From: Candidatus Poribacteria bacterium
GTDB taxonomy: Bacteria > Poribacteria > WGA-4E > JAJDTR01
Reading direction: 5' to 3'
Assembly (NCBI GenBank): GCA_965232535.1
Contig: CBDDPW010000023.1
Coordinates: 736,798-800,797 of the forward strand
DNA length: 64,000 nucleotides
Below are positions 56,526-64,000 of the stretch, in pieces. Position numbers and translations under genes: made by a program. The notes under the pieces are model-generated. The model saw only the letters and a program-made list of their open reading frames with translations. It was not told where the DNA came from and did no database searches. Position 1 is the first letter of the stretch; every line of letters starts with the position of its first letter.

Positions 56526-56984
56526 TTGGAAAATGCCGAAACTCAGCACAGATGTGCAGGTGGAATTGTCGTACGCCTGAACAAAGATTGCGTCGAATTC
56601 CTATTGTTAAAACAGATACGGAGGAACGGCGAAGTCCAATGGGTCATGCCTAAGGGACACATTGATAAAGGCGAAGCCTCCGAGGGTGCGGCGATTCGCG
56701 AAGTGAGGGAAGAAGCCGGCGTTGAGGAACTTCGGCTCATAGCGTTTCTAGGCAAACAGCAGTTTCAGTATCGTGAGAAGCATGGGAATCAACACGAGAA
56801 AGTAGTGAGCTGGTATCTGATGGAAACACGCTATGAATCCCGTCTTTCTCTCAATATTGAGGAAGGTTTTGTCGAAGCGAAGTGGCTTCCATACGAGGAA
56901 GCGCGGAAACAGTGTTCTCACGAGGACTTTCGACCGTGGGTCGATAGAGCGGCAGAGATTTTAGGTGTTAGGGACAACACGTAA
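56526..56984 (+). CDS. NUDIX hydrolase
   Basis: Nudix box GHIDKGEASEGAAIREVREEAGV. TTG start is uncertain. Confidence 0.8.
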   Translation: MENAETQHRCAGGIVVRLNKDCVEFLLLKQIRRNGEVQWVMPKGHIDKGEASEGAAIREVREEAGVEELRLIAFLGKQQFQYREKHGNQHEKVVSWYLMETRYESRLSLNIEEGFVEAKWLPYEEARKQCSHEDFRPWVDRAAEILGVRDNT

Positions 56985-57062
56985 TCTGACGCTCTCTGGA
57001 TTTCGGTTTAAGCAAGTTTCAACAATAAACTTATGTTTTGTTCTAGGTCCAAACCGCTCCGG

Positions 57063-57080
57063 CTGGATTGACAAATCCAG
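57063..57080. repeat. Hairpin motif ctggattGACAaatccag, copy 2 of 2
   Basis: Identical to 602-619. Lies about 240 nt upstream of the oxidoreductase gene. Confidence 0.5.
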
Positions 57081-57177
57081 CAGATTCTAATCTATAAAGA
57101 GTCTCTATGTCCGTAGAAATCAATAGCTTTATTCTTCTGTTCCGAAGGAATGACTTAAGGGTCGAGTGGTGGGAGAT

Positions 57178-57209
57178 CTTCCGCCCTTCCACTCTTCCAT
57201 CCTTCCAAT
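57178..57209. repeat. Four tandem octamers CTTCCNNN (cttccgcc cttccact cttccatc cttccaat), plus a fifth cttcc at 57216 and an inverted ggaag at 57231
   Basis: cttcc starts at 57178, 57186, 57194 and 57202 (period 8), counted directly. Lies 110-140 nt upstream of the 57317 start. Confidence 0.6.
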
Positions 57210-57316
57210 CCTAGTCTTCCTAGTCGATGCGGAAGATGAACTTTTATATTGGAACTTGCTTACCGTAGTTGGTGGATACCAATAGTTTCGCAGAACGTGG
57301 GAAGCGTCACAATAAA

Positions 57317-58825
57317 ATGAAACAGTATGATTTAACAATCATTGGCGGTGGGAGTGCCGGACTTGTGTTGGCGGTTGCAAGCGCCAAATTGGGAAAACCT
57401 ACCGCTCTCGTTGAGAAACATCGCCTGGGTGGGGATTGCTTGTGGACCGGCTGCGTACCGTCGAAAGCGATTCTCAAAGCGGCAAAGGTTGCCAACTATG
57501 TGAGGGAAGCAGGGAAATACGGAATCAAAGTGAGCGGCGCCCAGGTAGATTTCGAACGTGTGATGGCACATATTACGTCCGCACAGGAGACCATCGAAAA
57601 GGAGCATGACAATCCGGAGCGGTTCCGTGATATGGGAATAGATGTCATCTTTGGCAATGGTCGTTTTGATTCTCCGCAATCATTTATTGTAGAAGATCGG
57701 GAAGAATCGCAAACAAGAGGGCTCGGGAGTAAGAAGTTTGTAATCTCGACGGGATCGCGTCCCGCCATTCCAGCGATCCCCGGACTTGAAACTGGCGGTT
57801 ATCTTCACAGCGAAAATATCTGGAGTTTGAAAAAACTCCCCTCGAAACTTCTGGTGGTAGGCGCGGGCCCCATTGGAGTCGAGTTGGGACAGGCATTTCA
57901 TCGTCTCGGAACAGAAGTCATTATTGTTCAACAACGCGATCGGATCTTGCCGAAGGAGGAACCCGAAGTCTCTGAAAGAATGTTGACCTACCTCAGAGAG
58001 GAAGGCATCACGATTCTTCCGGGTGCACGACTGGATAAAGTCACTAATCATGACCGAAGCCCACTCTACGGCGACCGTCAAAATGAACCACGCTTGGGAC
58101 ACTTTTCGGTCAACCTTGATATCGCTGGCGAGTCGTGCAGTCTGGATGTGGATCAGATTCTGGTTGCCGCCGGACGTCAACCCAATACCGAGGGCCTGGG
58201 ACTACAGGAGATAGGCGTCGAGGTAGCGCCTACCGGGATTTGCGTAAATAAAAGACTGCAAACAACGGTGAAAAATATTTTCGCTGCCGGTGATGTGATT
58301 GGACATTACCTCTTCACCCATGCCGCGGCGTTTCAAGCAGCGCAAATTGTTCGCAACATTTTCTTTCCCGGCTCTAGCGCAATAGACTACTCTGCCGTGC
58401 CTTGGACCACGTTCTGTGATCCGGAAGTTGCTCGGTGTGGAATGACGGAAGCGGAAGCACGAGACAAACATGGGGAGGTGGACGTTTTCGCCGTTGAGTT
58501 ACGCGATGTCGATCGTGCTGTCGCGGATGGAGAAACCAAGGGTTTTATCAAAGTCGTAGTAACGAAATGGACCGGCAAAATTCTTGGTGTCCATCTCGTA
58601 TGTCCGGCGGCCGGAGAGATCATTCACGAATTTGTCCTCGCTATGAAGGAAGGTATCCCGTTGCGAAAGTTGGGCAGCATGATCCATGTCTATCCGACGT
58701 TCTCAAGCATCGTTTGGCGAGTCGCAGGCAAATGGCTGGCGGAAGGCAAGTTGATTCACACACTGCGGGGAATCCTAAGTACAACGGGAGAAGATGAGAA
58801 TAAACAGACGCATAAGTTGCGATAA
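57317..58825 (+). CDS. Class I pyridine nucleotide-disulfide oxidoreductase (Lpd / MerA / glutathione reductase family)
   Basis: YDLTIIGGGSAGL, redox-active GGDCLWTGCVPSK, a second Rossmann LLVVGAGPIGVELG, and dimerisation motif HVYPTFSS. Start moved to MKQYDL (57317). Confidence 0.85.
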   Translation: MKQYDLTIIGGGSAGLVLAVASAKLGKPTALVEKHRLGGDCLWTGCVPSKAILKAAKVANYVREAGKYGIKVSGAQVDFERVMAHITSAQETIEKEHDNPERFRDMGIDVIFGNGRFDSPQSFIVEDREESQTRGLGSKKFVISTGSRPAIPAIPGLETGGYLHSENIWSLKKLPSKLLVVGAGPIGVELGQAFHRLGTEVIIVQQRDRILPKEEPEVSERMLTYLREEGITILPGARLDKVTNHDRSPLYGDRQNEPRLGHFSVNLDIAGESCSLDVDQILVAAGRQPNTEGLGLQEIGVEVAPTGICVNKRLQTTVKNIFAAGDVIGHYLFTHAAAFQAAQIVRNIFFPGSSAIDYSAVPWTTFCDPEVARCGMTEAEARDKHGEVDVFAVELRDVDRAVADGETKGFIKVVVTKWTGKILGVHLVCPAAGEIIHEFVLAMKEGIPLRKLGSMIHVYPTFSSIVWRVAGKWLAEGKLIHTLRGILSTTGEDENKQTHKLR

Positions 58826-59120
58826 GCGTAATCCTCAAAGTTGATTTCAACGACTCTTTGGCGGAATAATCTTGACGTTGTGATATACTCCTAGCATTTT
58901 TTGATTGACGAGACATTGATTGTGTGTTACGCTAAGAGTAAAGTGGTGATTGACTTTGCAAAGTACCGTACAGCAAAGGTGCAATCTTGGTCACTTGCCG
59001 GGCGATATTACACTTTTTGTGGTATGAACTAGCGGTTTGTGCTAAAATGAAGGTATAAACAGATAGAGCGTCAGGACGTTTATCAAGATATATTTTAACC
59101 TTATCTTTTAGGAGGGAACC

Positions 59121-59984
59121 ATGAGAAACATGATTGTGGTTGTTGGTGTTTTCATTTTTGGGGCGATTTTGAGCGGTTGCGGTAAGCTCAGTACCGAAGA
59201 GTTCGAGGGCTGGAAAAGCGATTACGTTGCGGCAAATGACAAAGCGTTCGCCGACCTGGATGGTAGAGCTTCCAAGTTGGAGAGTGGGCTGGAACAGCAG
59301 AAGTCGGACTTGAGCCAAGCTATTGAGGATGCACGGGATGACGCTATAGCTGCGTCTCAGCTCGGAGATGCTGACACCATCAAGAGATCCGAAGAATTCG
59401 CGGCAAGCGGGGACGCCAAGGTTCGGGATGAACTGGTGCAAGCAGTGAATGCTGCTGGCGAAAGCGCCCAGAGCTATGCGAAATCCGAGGACGATAAGCT
59501 GCGCAAAAGCATCAGCAGTTTGGAGGCACAGGCAAATTCAACCGCGCAAAGCGTCACCAATCTGAAAAATGACCTGATGGCGGCAAAGAAGGAATTGGAA
59601 GACGCGATGGCCGTCAAGGCTATGAGCGCGGCGACAGTCCAATTTGCCAGTGGAAAAACCAGCTTGAGTTCGGAAGCTAAGGCTATGCTTGACAAAGCGG
59701 TGGCTTCAATAAATGCTCATCCGCATGCCGTGGTTGTTGTTTCCGGTCATGCCGACGGTACGCCAGTGCTGAGCGGAAAATATCGTAGTAACTGGGATCT
59801 CTCCCAGGCACGCGCTAACGCCGTGGCAAACTATCTCAAGGAGAAAGTAACGAACGACATCAAAACCATCGCCCGGGGTCACACCATGCCGGTTGCGAAT
59901 GTGAATACAAAAGACGGACGCGCCGCAAACCGGCGTGCAGACGTGGTTGTCTATCCTCCCGGCACTATGCCTGCTGGAATGTAA
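59121..59984 (+). CDS. OmpA-family lipoprotein (coiled-coil N-terminal half, OmpA_C-like peptidoglycan-binding C-terminus)
   Basis: Lipobox ILSGC. C-terminus VQFASGKTSLSSEAKAMLD...SGHADGTPV...NWDLSQARANAVANYL...NRRADVVV. Confidence 0.85.
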   Translation: MRNMIVVVGVFIFGAILSGCGKLSTEEFEGWKSDYVAANDKAFADLDGRASKLESGLEQQKSDLSQAIEDARDDAIAASQLGDADTIKRSEEFAASGDAKVRDELVQAVNAAGESAQSYAKSEDDKLRKSISSLEAQANSTAQSVTNLKNDLMAAKKELEDAMAVKAMSAATVQFASGKTSLSSEAKAMLDKAVASINAHPHAVVVVSGHADGTPVLSGKYRSNWDLSQARANAVANYLKEKVTNDIKTIARGHTMPVANVNTKDGRAANRRADVVVYPPGTMPAGM

Positions 59985-60006
59985 AACTTGATTCACCGCG
60001 GTATGG

Positions 60007-60048
60007 GGGAAATTGGGAAGTGTTGTTCTTCCTAATTTCCCTTTTTTT
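60007..60048 (+). terminator. Rho-independent terminator after the OmpA-family gene
   Basis: 14-bp stem gggaaattgggaag / cttcctaatttccc (one G-U pair), 7-nt loop, then a T7 run. Confidence 0.8.
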
Positions 60049-60444
60049 ATAAACTTGTTGGAATTTCTGGCTGAAGCGTTGAAGTGACGATACGGCACCA
60101 ATTAGGGGGAATTTGGTTTCTAACGGAGCCATGCCGCCGATAAATCATCGACTTTCTAACACTTCAATTTCCCCATCGCGAGTGTCTCATTTCTGCTTCA
60201 ACTTGATTCATATGTTGTGGATTTGATACTGTGGTGAGACTATCATGCGAATTCGAGCGTGTTGTCATAGTTCGGAACTTTTCCTCTCATTCGGCGTATT
60301 ATCTACAGGTGAGAATAGGTTTCGCGTTGTGTTGGATTCAACGTAAATTCGAGGAGAGATCACGAGTTTCGTAGTGGTAAATTGCCTGTATTTGTACTGT
60401 AAAATCGCTGGTCGCGAAATCACTCAAACTGCAAGGAGGGCAAA

Positions 60445-61149
60445 ATGATGAGGTTTAAATCTCATTTCGGTATTCTTCTGATGATTTGCCTGATCGCCGG
60501 GTTGACTGCCTCTAGCAACGCTGAAATTGAGAACCTGAAATTTGAACTGTTCGGTGTTGTCAATAGTGATGATGAAAGACAGATTAGACGACGGTTGGAA
60601 CCGTGGGCGGAACCCGATGGCGTGACCTTCCACACACCTATTGATAAAAATGGGCGGGAGCGGTTATTTAGCACCCTAATCAAGGTAAAACCGAGAACGG
60701 ATGACAAATTCTCTGAATCGCATACTCTTGATACTTACCAAATACTTCAGCAGCTGAAAGATCAACGTTTTCGAGGTCGCCAAGCGGGGAGTCAACCGTG
60801 GATAGTTAAGTCTGAGGCAAAAATAAAAGGAGAACTCTTCGCACATCCCGGATGGGCGCGTAGTTACATCCGTAATGTTCCGTTTTGGAGGCATTGGCGA
60901 GCTCAAACATCGGTAATCAATCATGCAATGTTGGCGGGAACTTGGGAACAGAAAGTAGTTTTTAGCCACAATGACCTGTTCGATCAGCTTCGGCACGACG
61001 CCTCCAAGACAGATAAAGAGGTTGAAGTGGAGGGTGTAGTCGCAGGATTTGATGGTCCATATCCGGTAGTGTCTATTCGTAGCTATCGGTTTGACAAAAA
61101 AGCCAAAGCAAAACAGGAAAAGGGTACAGAAGAGTCCTCGCAGAAGTAA
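60445..61149 (+). CDS. Hypothetical secreted protein
   Basis: Signal peptide MMRFKSHFGILLMICLIAGLTASSNA. AAGGAGG Shine-Dalgarno sequence. Lys-rich tail. No family recognised. Confidence 0.6.
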   Translation: MMRFKSHFGILLMICLIAGLTASSNAEIENLKFELFGVVNSDDERQIRRRLEPWAEPDGVTFHTPIDKNGRERLFSTLIKVKPRTDDKFSESHTLDTYQILQQLKDQRFRGRQAGSQPWIVKSEAKIKGELFAHPGWARSYIRNVPFWRHWRAQTSVINHAMLAGTWEQKVVFSHNDLFDQLRHDASKTDKEVEVEGVVAGFDGPYPVVSIRSYRFDKKAKAKQEKGTEESSQK

Positions 61150-61250
61150 ATATTCCCCGATGAATGTTCAGAGCCAACACCTAATGAGGGGAGCGTCGAT
61201 AGACTTTTTCTTACTCCTACTCCATTGAGCAATCGTCGCCCAACGCAGAA

Positions 61251-61286
61251 CGAGCCCCAATTGACGAATTGGGGCTCGTTTTTTTT
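61251..61286 (+). terminator. Rho-independent terminator between convergent genes
   Basis: 12-bp stem cgagccccaatt / aattggggctcg, loop gacg, then a T8 run. Confidence 0.85.
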
Positions 61287-61308
61287 GGATTGAATCTAGA
61301 TATTCGAT

Positions 61309-61779
61309 TTAGTTCAGGCGATCTAGTTCGTCTAGAACCGCCGTTACAGCTAGTGTGTTATCCGGCGGCGCATCTTCGACATGCGAAAATGCCACCTTCC
61401 CATTTTTGTCAATGACAATCACGCCGCGGTTTGTGATGCCTACCTCCTCAAGCGCCATTCCAAATTCCTTTGATACTTCAAGGTTCATGTCTGCCAATAG
61501 CGGAAAATCCACGCCGCCCAAGTGTTCACTCCAAGCCTTGTGAGCGAATGCCGAATCACGGTTGATGGCAATAATCTCAGCGTTTTTTGCTCGAATTTCG
61601 TGGGCCTTCTCGTTGAAATCTGGAATTTGAACTGAGCAAACTGGGGAGAAATCCAGAGGATAGAAAACGACGACCAAATTCTTGCCTTCGAAATCCTTCA
61701 AGGACACCTCGGTGTCTTCTTGACCAAGAGATCCGGCGAGTGTAAAATCCGGAGCATCACTTCCGACTTCCAATGCCAT
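61309..61779 (-). CDS. Peroxiredoxin (AhpC/TSA-Bcp/AhpE-like)
   Basis: KNLVVVFYPLDFSPVCSVQIP with the peroxidatic Cys context, and AINRDSAFAHKAW. 156 aa. Confidence 0.85.
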   Translation of the reverse strand: MALEVGSDAPDFTLAGSLGQEDTEVSLKDFEGKNLVVVFYPLDFSPVCSVQIPDFNEKAHEIRAKNAEIIAINRDSAFAHKAWSEHLGGVDFPLLADMNLEVSKEFGMALEEVGITNRGVIVIDKNGKVAFSHVEDAPPDNTLAVTAVLDELDRLN

Positions 61780-62078
61780 TTATAACGACCTCCTTATATA
61801 GTGGTGCAGGGATTGTGAGTATTTATTACGCCTTTAATCCGTTCCTGATAGGGCAAATTCTATCATAAGGCAATGCGGGTGTCAACGGAATCTCTAATTT
61901 CCTGTGTCCTAAACCTCTCGGTTGAGAATTGAATCCTTCACCCGGTACCTTATAGGCGTTAAAAGAGTAATCTTGAGAGCATGCCATTATCCCTGTCGGA
62001 ATAATTCTTTCAGCAAGTAACACTCATTCATCAATCTATGGCAGGTTTTGAAAAAGCGTTCCTTCTTAGAATGGTTTT

Positions 62079-62277
62079 CACTCCAGCGGAGTGCTATGTC
62101 AATAGAATCCCAGTGTTGTTCAATCTCCGTGCTCCAGCGGAGCGCAATGTGTAGCACATCATCAAGTGATACTCATTTTTCGTATTGTCGCTAGCCTTGA
62201 AACAGTGTTACTTGAGAGGTATCACATATAAACAGAATCGCAAATATGCTTTGTTACCTGCTCCCGCTCCAGCGGAG
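62079..62277. repeat. Three hairpins sharing the core ctccAGCggag (cactccAGCggagtg 62079-62093; gtgctccAGCggagcgc 62129-62145; ctccAGCggag 62267-62277)
   Basis: Read directly from the sequence. The same NNNCC-AGC-GGNNN architecture occurs at 53032-53044, 53333-53345 and 55719-55731. Confidence 0.7.
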
Positions 62278-62525
62278 ATCAGACGAGTGGGTTGCTACGC
62301 ACTCCCGCAGATCGGAATCAAGTGATTGGTTAAGGAAAGCGCGACATCTCTTCTGATCCTACCGCCTTGTAGGATCAGTCGCGAACTTAGACAGTGCACA
62401 CGAACTCGACTTTATTCGTCGCTAGCAATGATCAAGATAAATCAAAACTGCTAGAACGCTGGCGATCCCATATAGAGATTCGTGATAGGCGGTGGGGTGC
62501 TTGGCTCATCAGCTGAAACGCACTC

Positions 62526-62554
62526 TTGACACCGTCTAGCTTCCATGTTAAAAT
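62526..62554 (+). promoter_or_regulatory. Near-consensus sigma70-type promoter upstream of the ThDP-enzyme gene
   Basis: TTGACA-N17-TAAAAT (spacer counted as 17). Implies a leader of about 225 nt. Confidence 0.45.
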
Positions 62555-62787
62555 TTCGGAGTTTGTAAAAACCGTTTTCTTCGTTGTAACTCGGTTTCGA
62601 ATCTTGCCAAAAACTACCTCGCGGTTTTCATCGAAAGGTAGTCAAAGCAAATGTTGACGAGTAACCGAACCACCTATCGCTGGTTCCCGAAATCAACATA
62701 AAAATTATCAGCTTGTCCATTGGTTATTAAATTGAGAGTCCCCGGACCAATTGTGTGTGTCATGTCATCGCGGTTTTGGAGATTGTA

Positions 62788-64000
62788 ATGCGAGCAAACG
62801 AGGTAGTTGCGAAAATACTGAAGCTTGAAGGAGTCGAGTATCTTTTCTGTTTTCCTGCAAACGACCTAATTGAGGCGTGTGCAAAAGTTGACATCCGTCC
62901 AATCATGACGAGGACGGAACGCACGTTAATCAACATGGCACACGGCTATAGTCTTGTGTCCAATGGTAAGCGCCTTGGGGTTGGATGTGTGCAAGGCGGA
63001 CCCGGAAGCGAGAATGCGTTCGCAGGCGTTGCCCACGCTTTCGCGGATTCCGCACCCGTTCTCATGCTGCCGGGCGGAATTTCCCAATCGGAACGGAGCA
63101 TTCCCCCGGGATTTGAGTCAATTAGGCACTATGGAGGAGTTACAAAGTGGGTGGCGGAAGTCAACATGGCGGAACGTATCCCGAATATGATGCATCGGGC
63201 ATTTCACCTGCTCCGATCAGGACAACCTGGCCCGGTGATGCTTGAAATTCCGAGTAATGTCATGAGCGATGATGTAGACGACGATTTCGAGTATAAGCCG
63301 CCGAAACCAGCCAAACCCGCAGCAAATCCGGACGATGTTAGTGCCGCAGTAAAAGCGCTGCTGGCGTCCGAGAATCCTCTGCTTCATGTAGGGCAAGGTG
63401 TGCTTTACGCAGAAGCAACCGACGAACTCGTTGAATTCGCGGAGTTGCTTCAACTTCCTGTCATGACTACGATGGCCGGAAAGAGCGCATTTCCGGAAAA
63501 TCATCCGCTATCAATCGGTGCAAGCGGATATAAAGGCCTGAAACGCGTCGCGACGTTCCTTGACAGAGCTGACCTCGTTTTCGGGCTTGGATCCGGATTC
63601 TCAACGCAGGTCATGTGTACCAACATTCCACCGGGCAAGATCCTTGTTCAGAACTCTATTAGCGAAACTGACATCAGCAAGGAATACTTAATCGATTATC
63701 CGATCCTTGGAGACGCGAAACTGGTGTTGCGTCAACTAATTGACGAAGTCAAAAGGCAAGGCGGCGGGGGAGTAAGTAACCCGGAACTCGTTCAAGAAAT
63801 CAAGGCTGTCAAGGACAAATGGCTTGATGAGTGGATGCCGAAACTGTCCTCGGACGAGGTGCCGATCAATCCTTATCGAGTGATTTGGGATTTGATGAAC
63901 ACGGTCGATCGCACAAAGACGATGGTCACTCACGACTCCGGGAATCCACGCGATCAGATGATGCCGTTTTACCAATCAATTATTCCACACGGTTACATCG
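62788..64000 (+). CDS. Thiamine-diphosphate-dependent enzyme (acetolactate synthase / sulfoacetaldehyde acetyltransferase-like family), C-terminus beyond the window
   Basis: My translation: MRANEVVAKILKLEGVEYLFCFPANDLIEACAKVDIRPIMTRTERTLINMAHGYSLVSNGKRLGVGCVQGGPGSENAFAGVAHAFADSAPVLMLPGG... then ...GPVMLEIPSNV...LLHVGQGVLYAEATDELVEFAELLQLPVMTTMAGKSAFPENHPLSIG. GGAG lies 6 nt before the ATG. Not in the ORF track because there is no stop in the window. Confidence 0.8.
   Translation, partial: MRANEVVAKILKLEGVEYLFCFPANDLIEACAKVDIRPIMTRTERTLINMAHGYSLVSNGKRLGVGCVQGGPGSENAFAGVAHAFADSAPVLMLPGGISQSERSIPPGFESIRHYGGVTKWVAEVNMAERIPNMMHRAFHLLRSGQPGPVMLEIPSNVMSDDVDDDFEYKPPKPAKPAANPDDVSAAVKALLASENPLLHVGQGVLYAEATDELVEFAELLQLPVMTTMAGKSAFPENHPLSIGASGYKGLKRVATFLDRADLVFGLGSGFSTQVMCTNIPPGKILVQNSISETDISKEYLIDYPILGDAKLVLRQLIDEVKRQGGGGVSNPELVQEIKAVKDKWLDEWMPKLSSDEVPINPYRVIWDLMNTVDRTKTMVTHDSGNPRDQMMPFYQSIIPHGYI

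Noticed and set aside
62040-62430. Possible CRISPR array (recurring ctccagcggag)
   Set aside because: There are only three short (11-17 nt) imperfect repeats at irregular spacing (about 50 and 135 nt). No cas genes are present, and the repeats are themselves hairpins embedded in larger diverged units.
1-64000. tRNA, rRNA, tmRNA, RNase P and SRP RNA genes
   Set aside because: Visual scanning of intergenic regions found no T-loop or acceptor-type patterns (GGTTCGAATCC-like) and no conserved cores such as GAAAGTCCGGGC. This scan is not exhaustive, and tRNAscan-SE or Infernal should confirm it.

Overview
64-kb window from an uncultivated bacterium. Lineage cannot be assigned from sequence alone. 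A T9SS-type C-terminal sorting domain, a PorV/PorQ-like barrel and a futalosine-pathway gene hint at an FCB-superphylum-like organism. I support about 45 protein genes and found no tRNA, rRNA or CRISPR array.

Layout:
- (1) 1-4050: a truncated larA-like gene, then a visibly AT-rich accessory islet. It holds an IS3-family element with 73-nt inverted repeats, a hicB-hicA toxin-antitoxin pair and a 193-aa protein with an RNxxxH (HEPN-like) motif.
- (2) 4050-16050: housekeeping and stress genes. These are a PduO-type adenosyltransferase, an HpcH aldolase, a sugar-phosphate isomerase, hsp20 behind a sigma54-type promoter, htrA, an orphan EF-G, two dehydrogenases and nnr.
- (3) 16551-39418: a 23-kb co-directional envelope locus, the most interesting region. 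It encodes a 3,544-aa Ig-like repeat protein with a T9SS-type C-terminal domain and a recent 2 x 1,017-bp internal duplication. Downstream come a PorV/PorQ-like barrel, a TonB-dependent-receptor-like barrel, three lipoproteins, a 1,435-aa stand-alone multi-propeller protein and a membrane-anchored DUF4159 protein. The combination echoes parts of the T9SS attachment complex but does not match it.
- (4) 39462-42010: fetB, a fetA interrupted by one in-frame TAA, and a DAHP synthase.
- (5) 42011-43687: 1.7 kb without genes, full of nested inverted repeats.
- (6) 43688-52875: a citrate synthase-icd-mdh array, then a corrinoid/tetrahydrofolate methyl-transfer operon with no substrate-specific methyltransferase.
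- (7) 52948-64000: a family of mosaic hairpin-rich intergenic repeats (52948-53510, 55606-55733, 62040-62430) interspersed with an mqnC/E-like gene, purC, and genes for a NUDIX hydrolase, a disulfide oxidoreductase, an OmpA-like lipoprotein, a peroxiredoxin and a truncated ThDP enzyme.

All calls rest on reading the ORF translations and the nucleotide sequence by eye. No database search was run.
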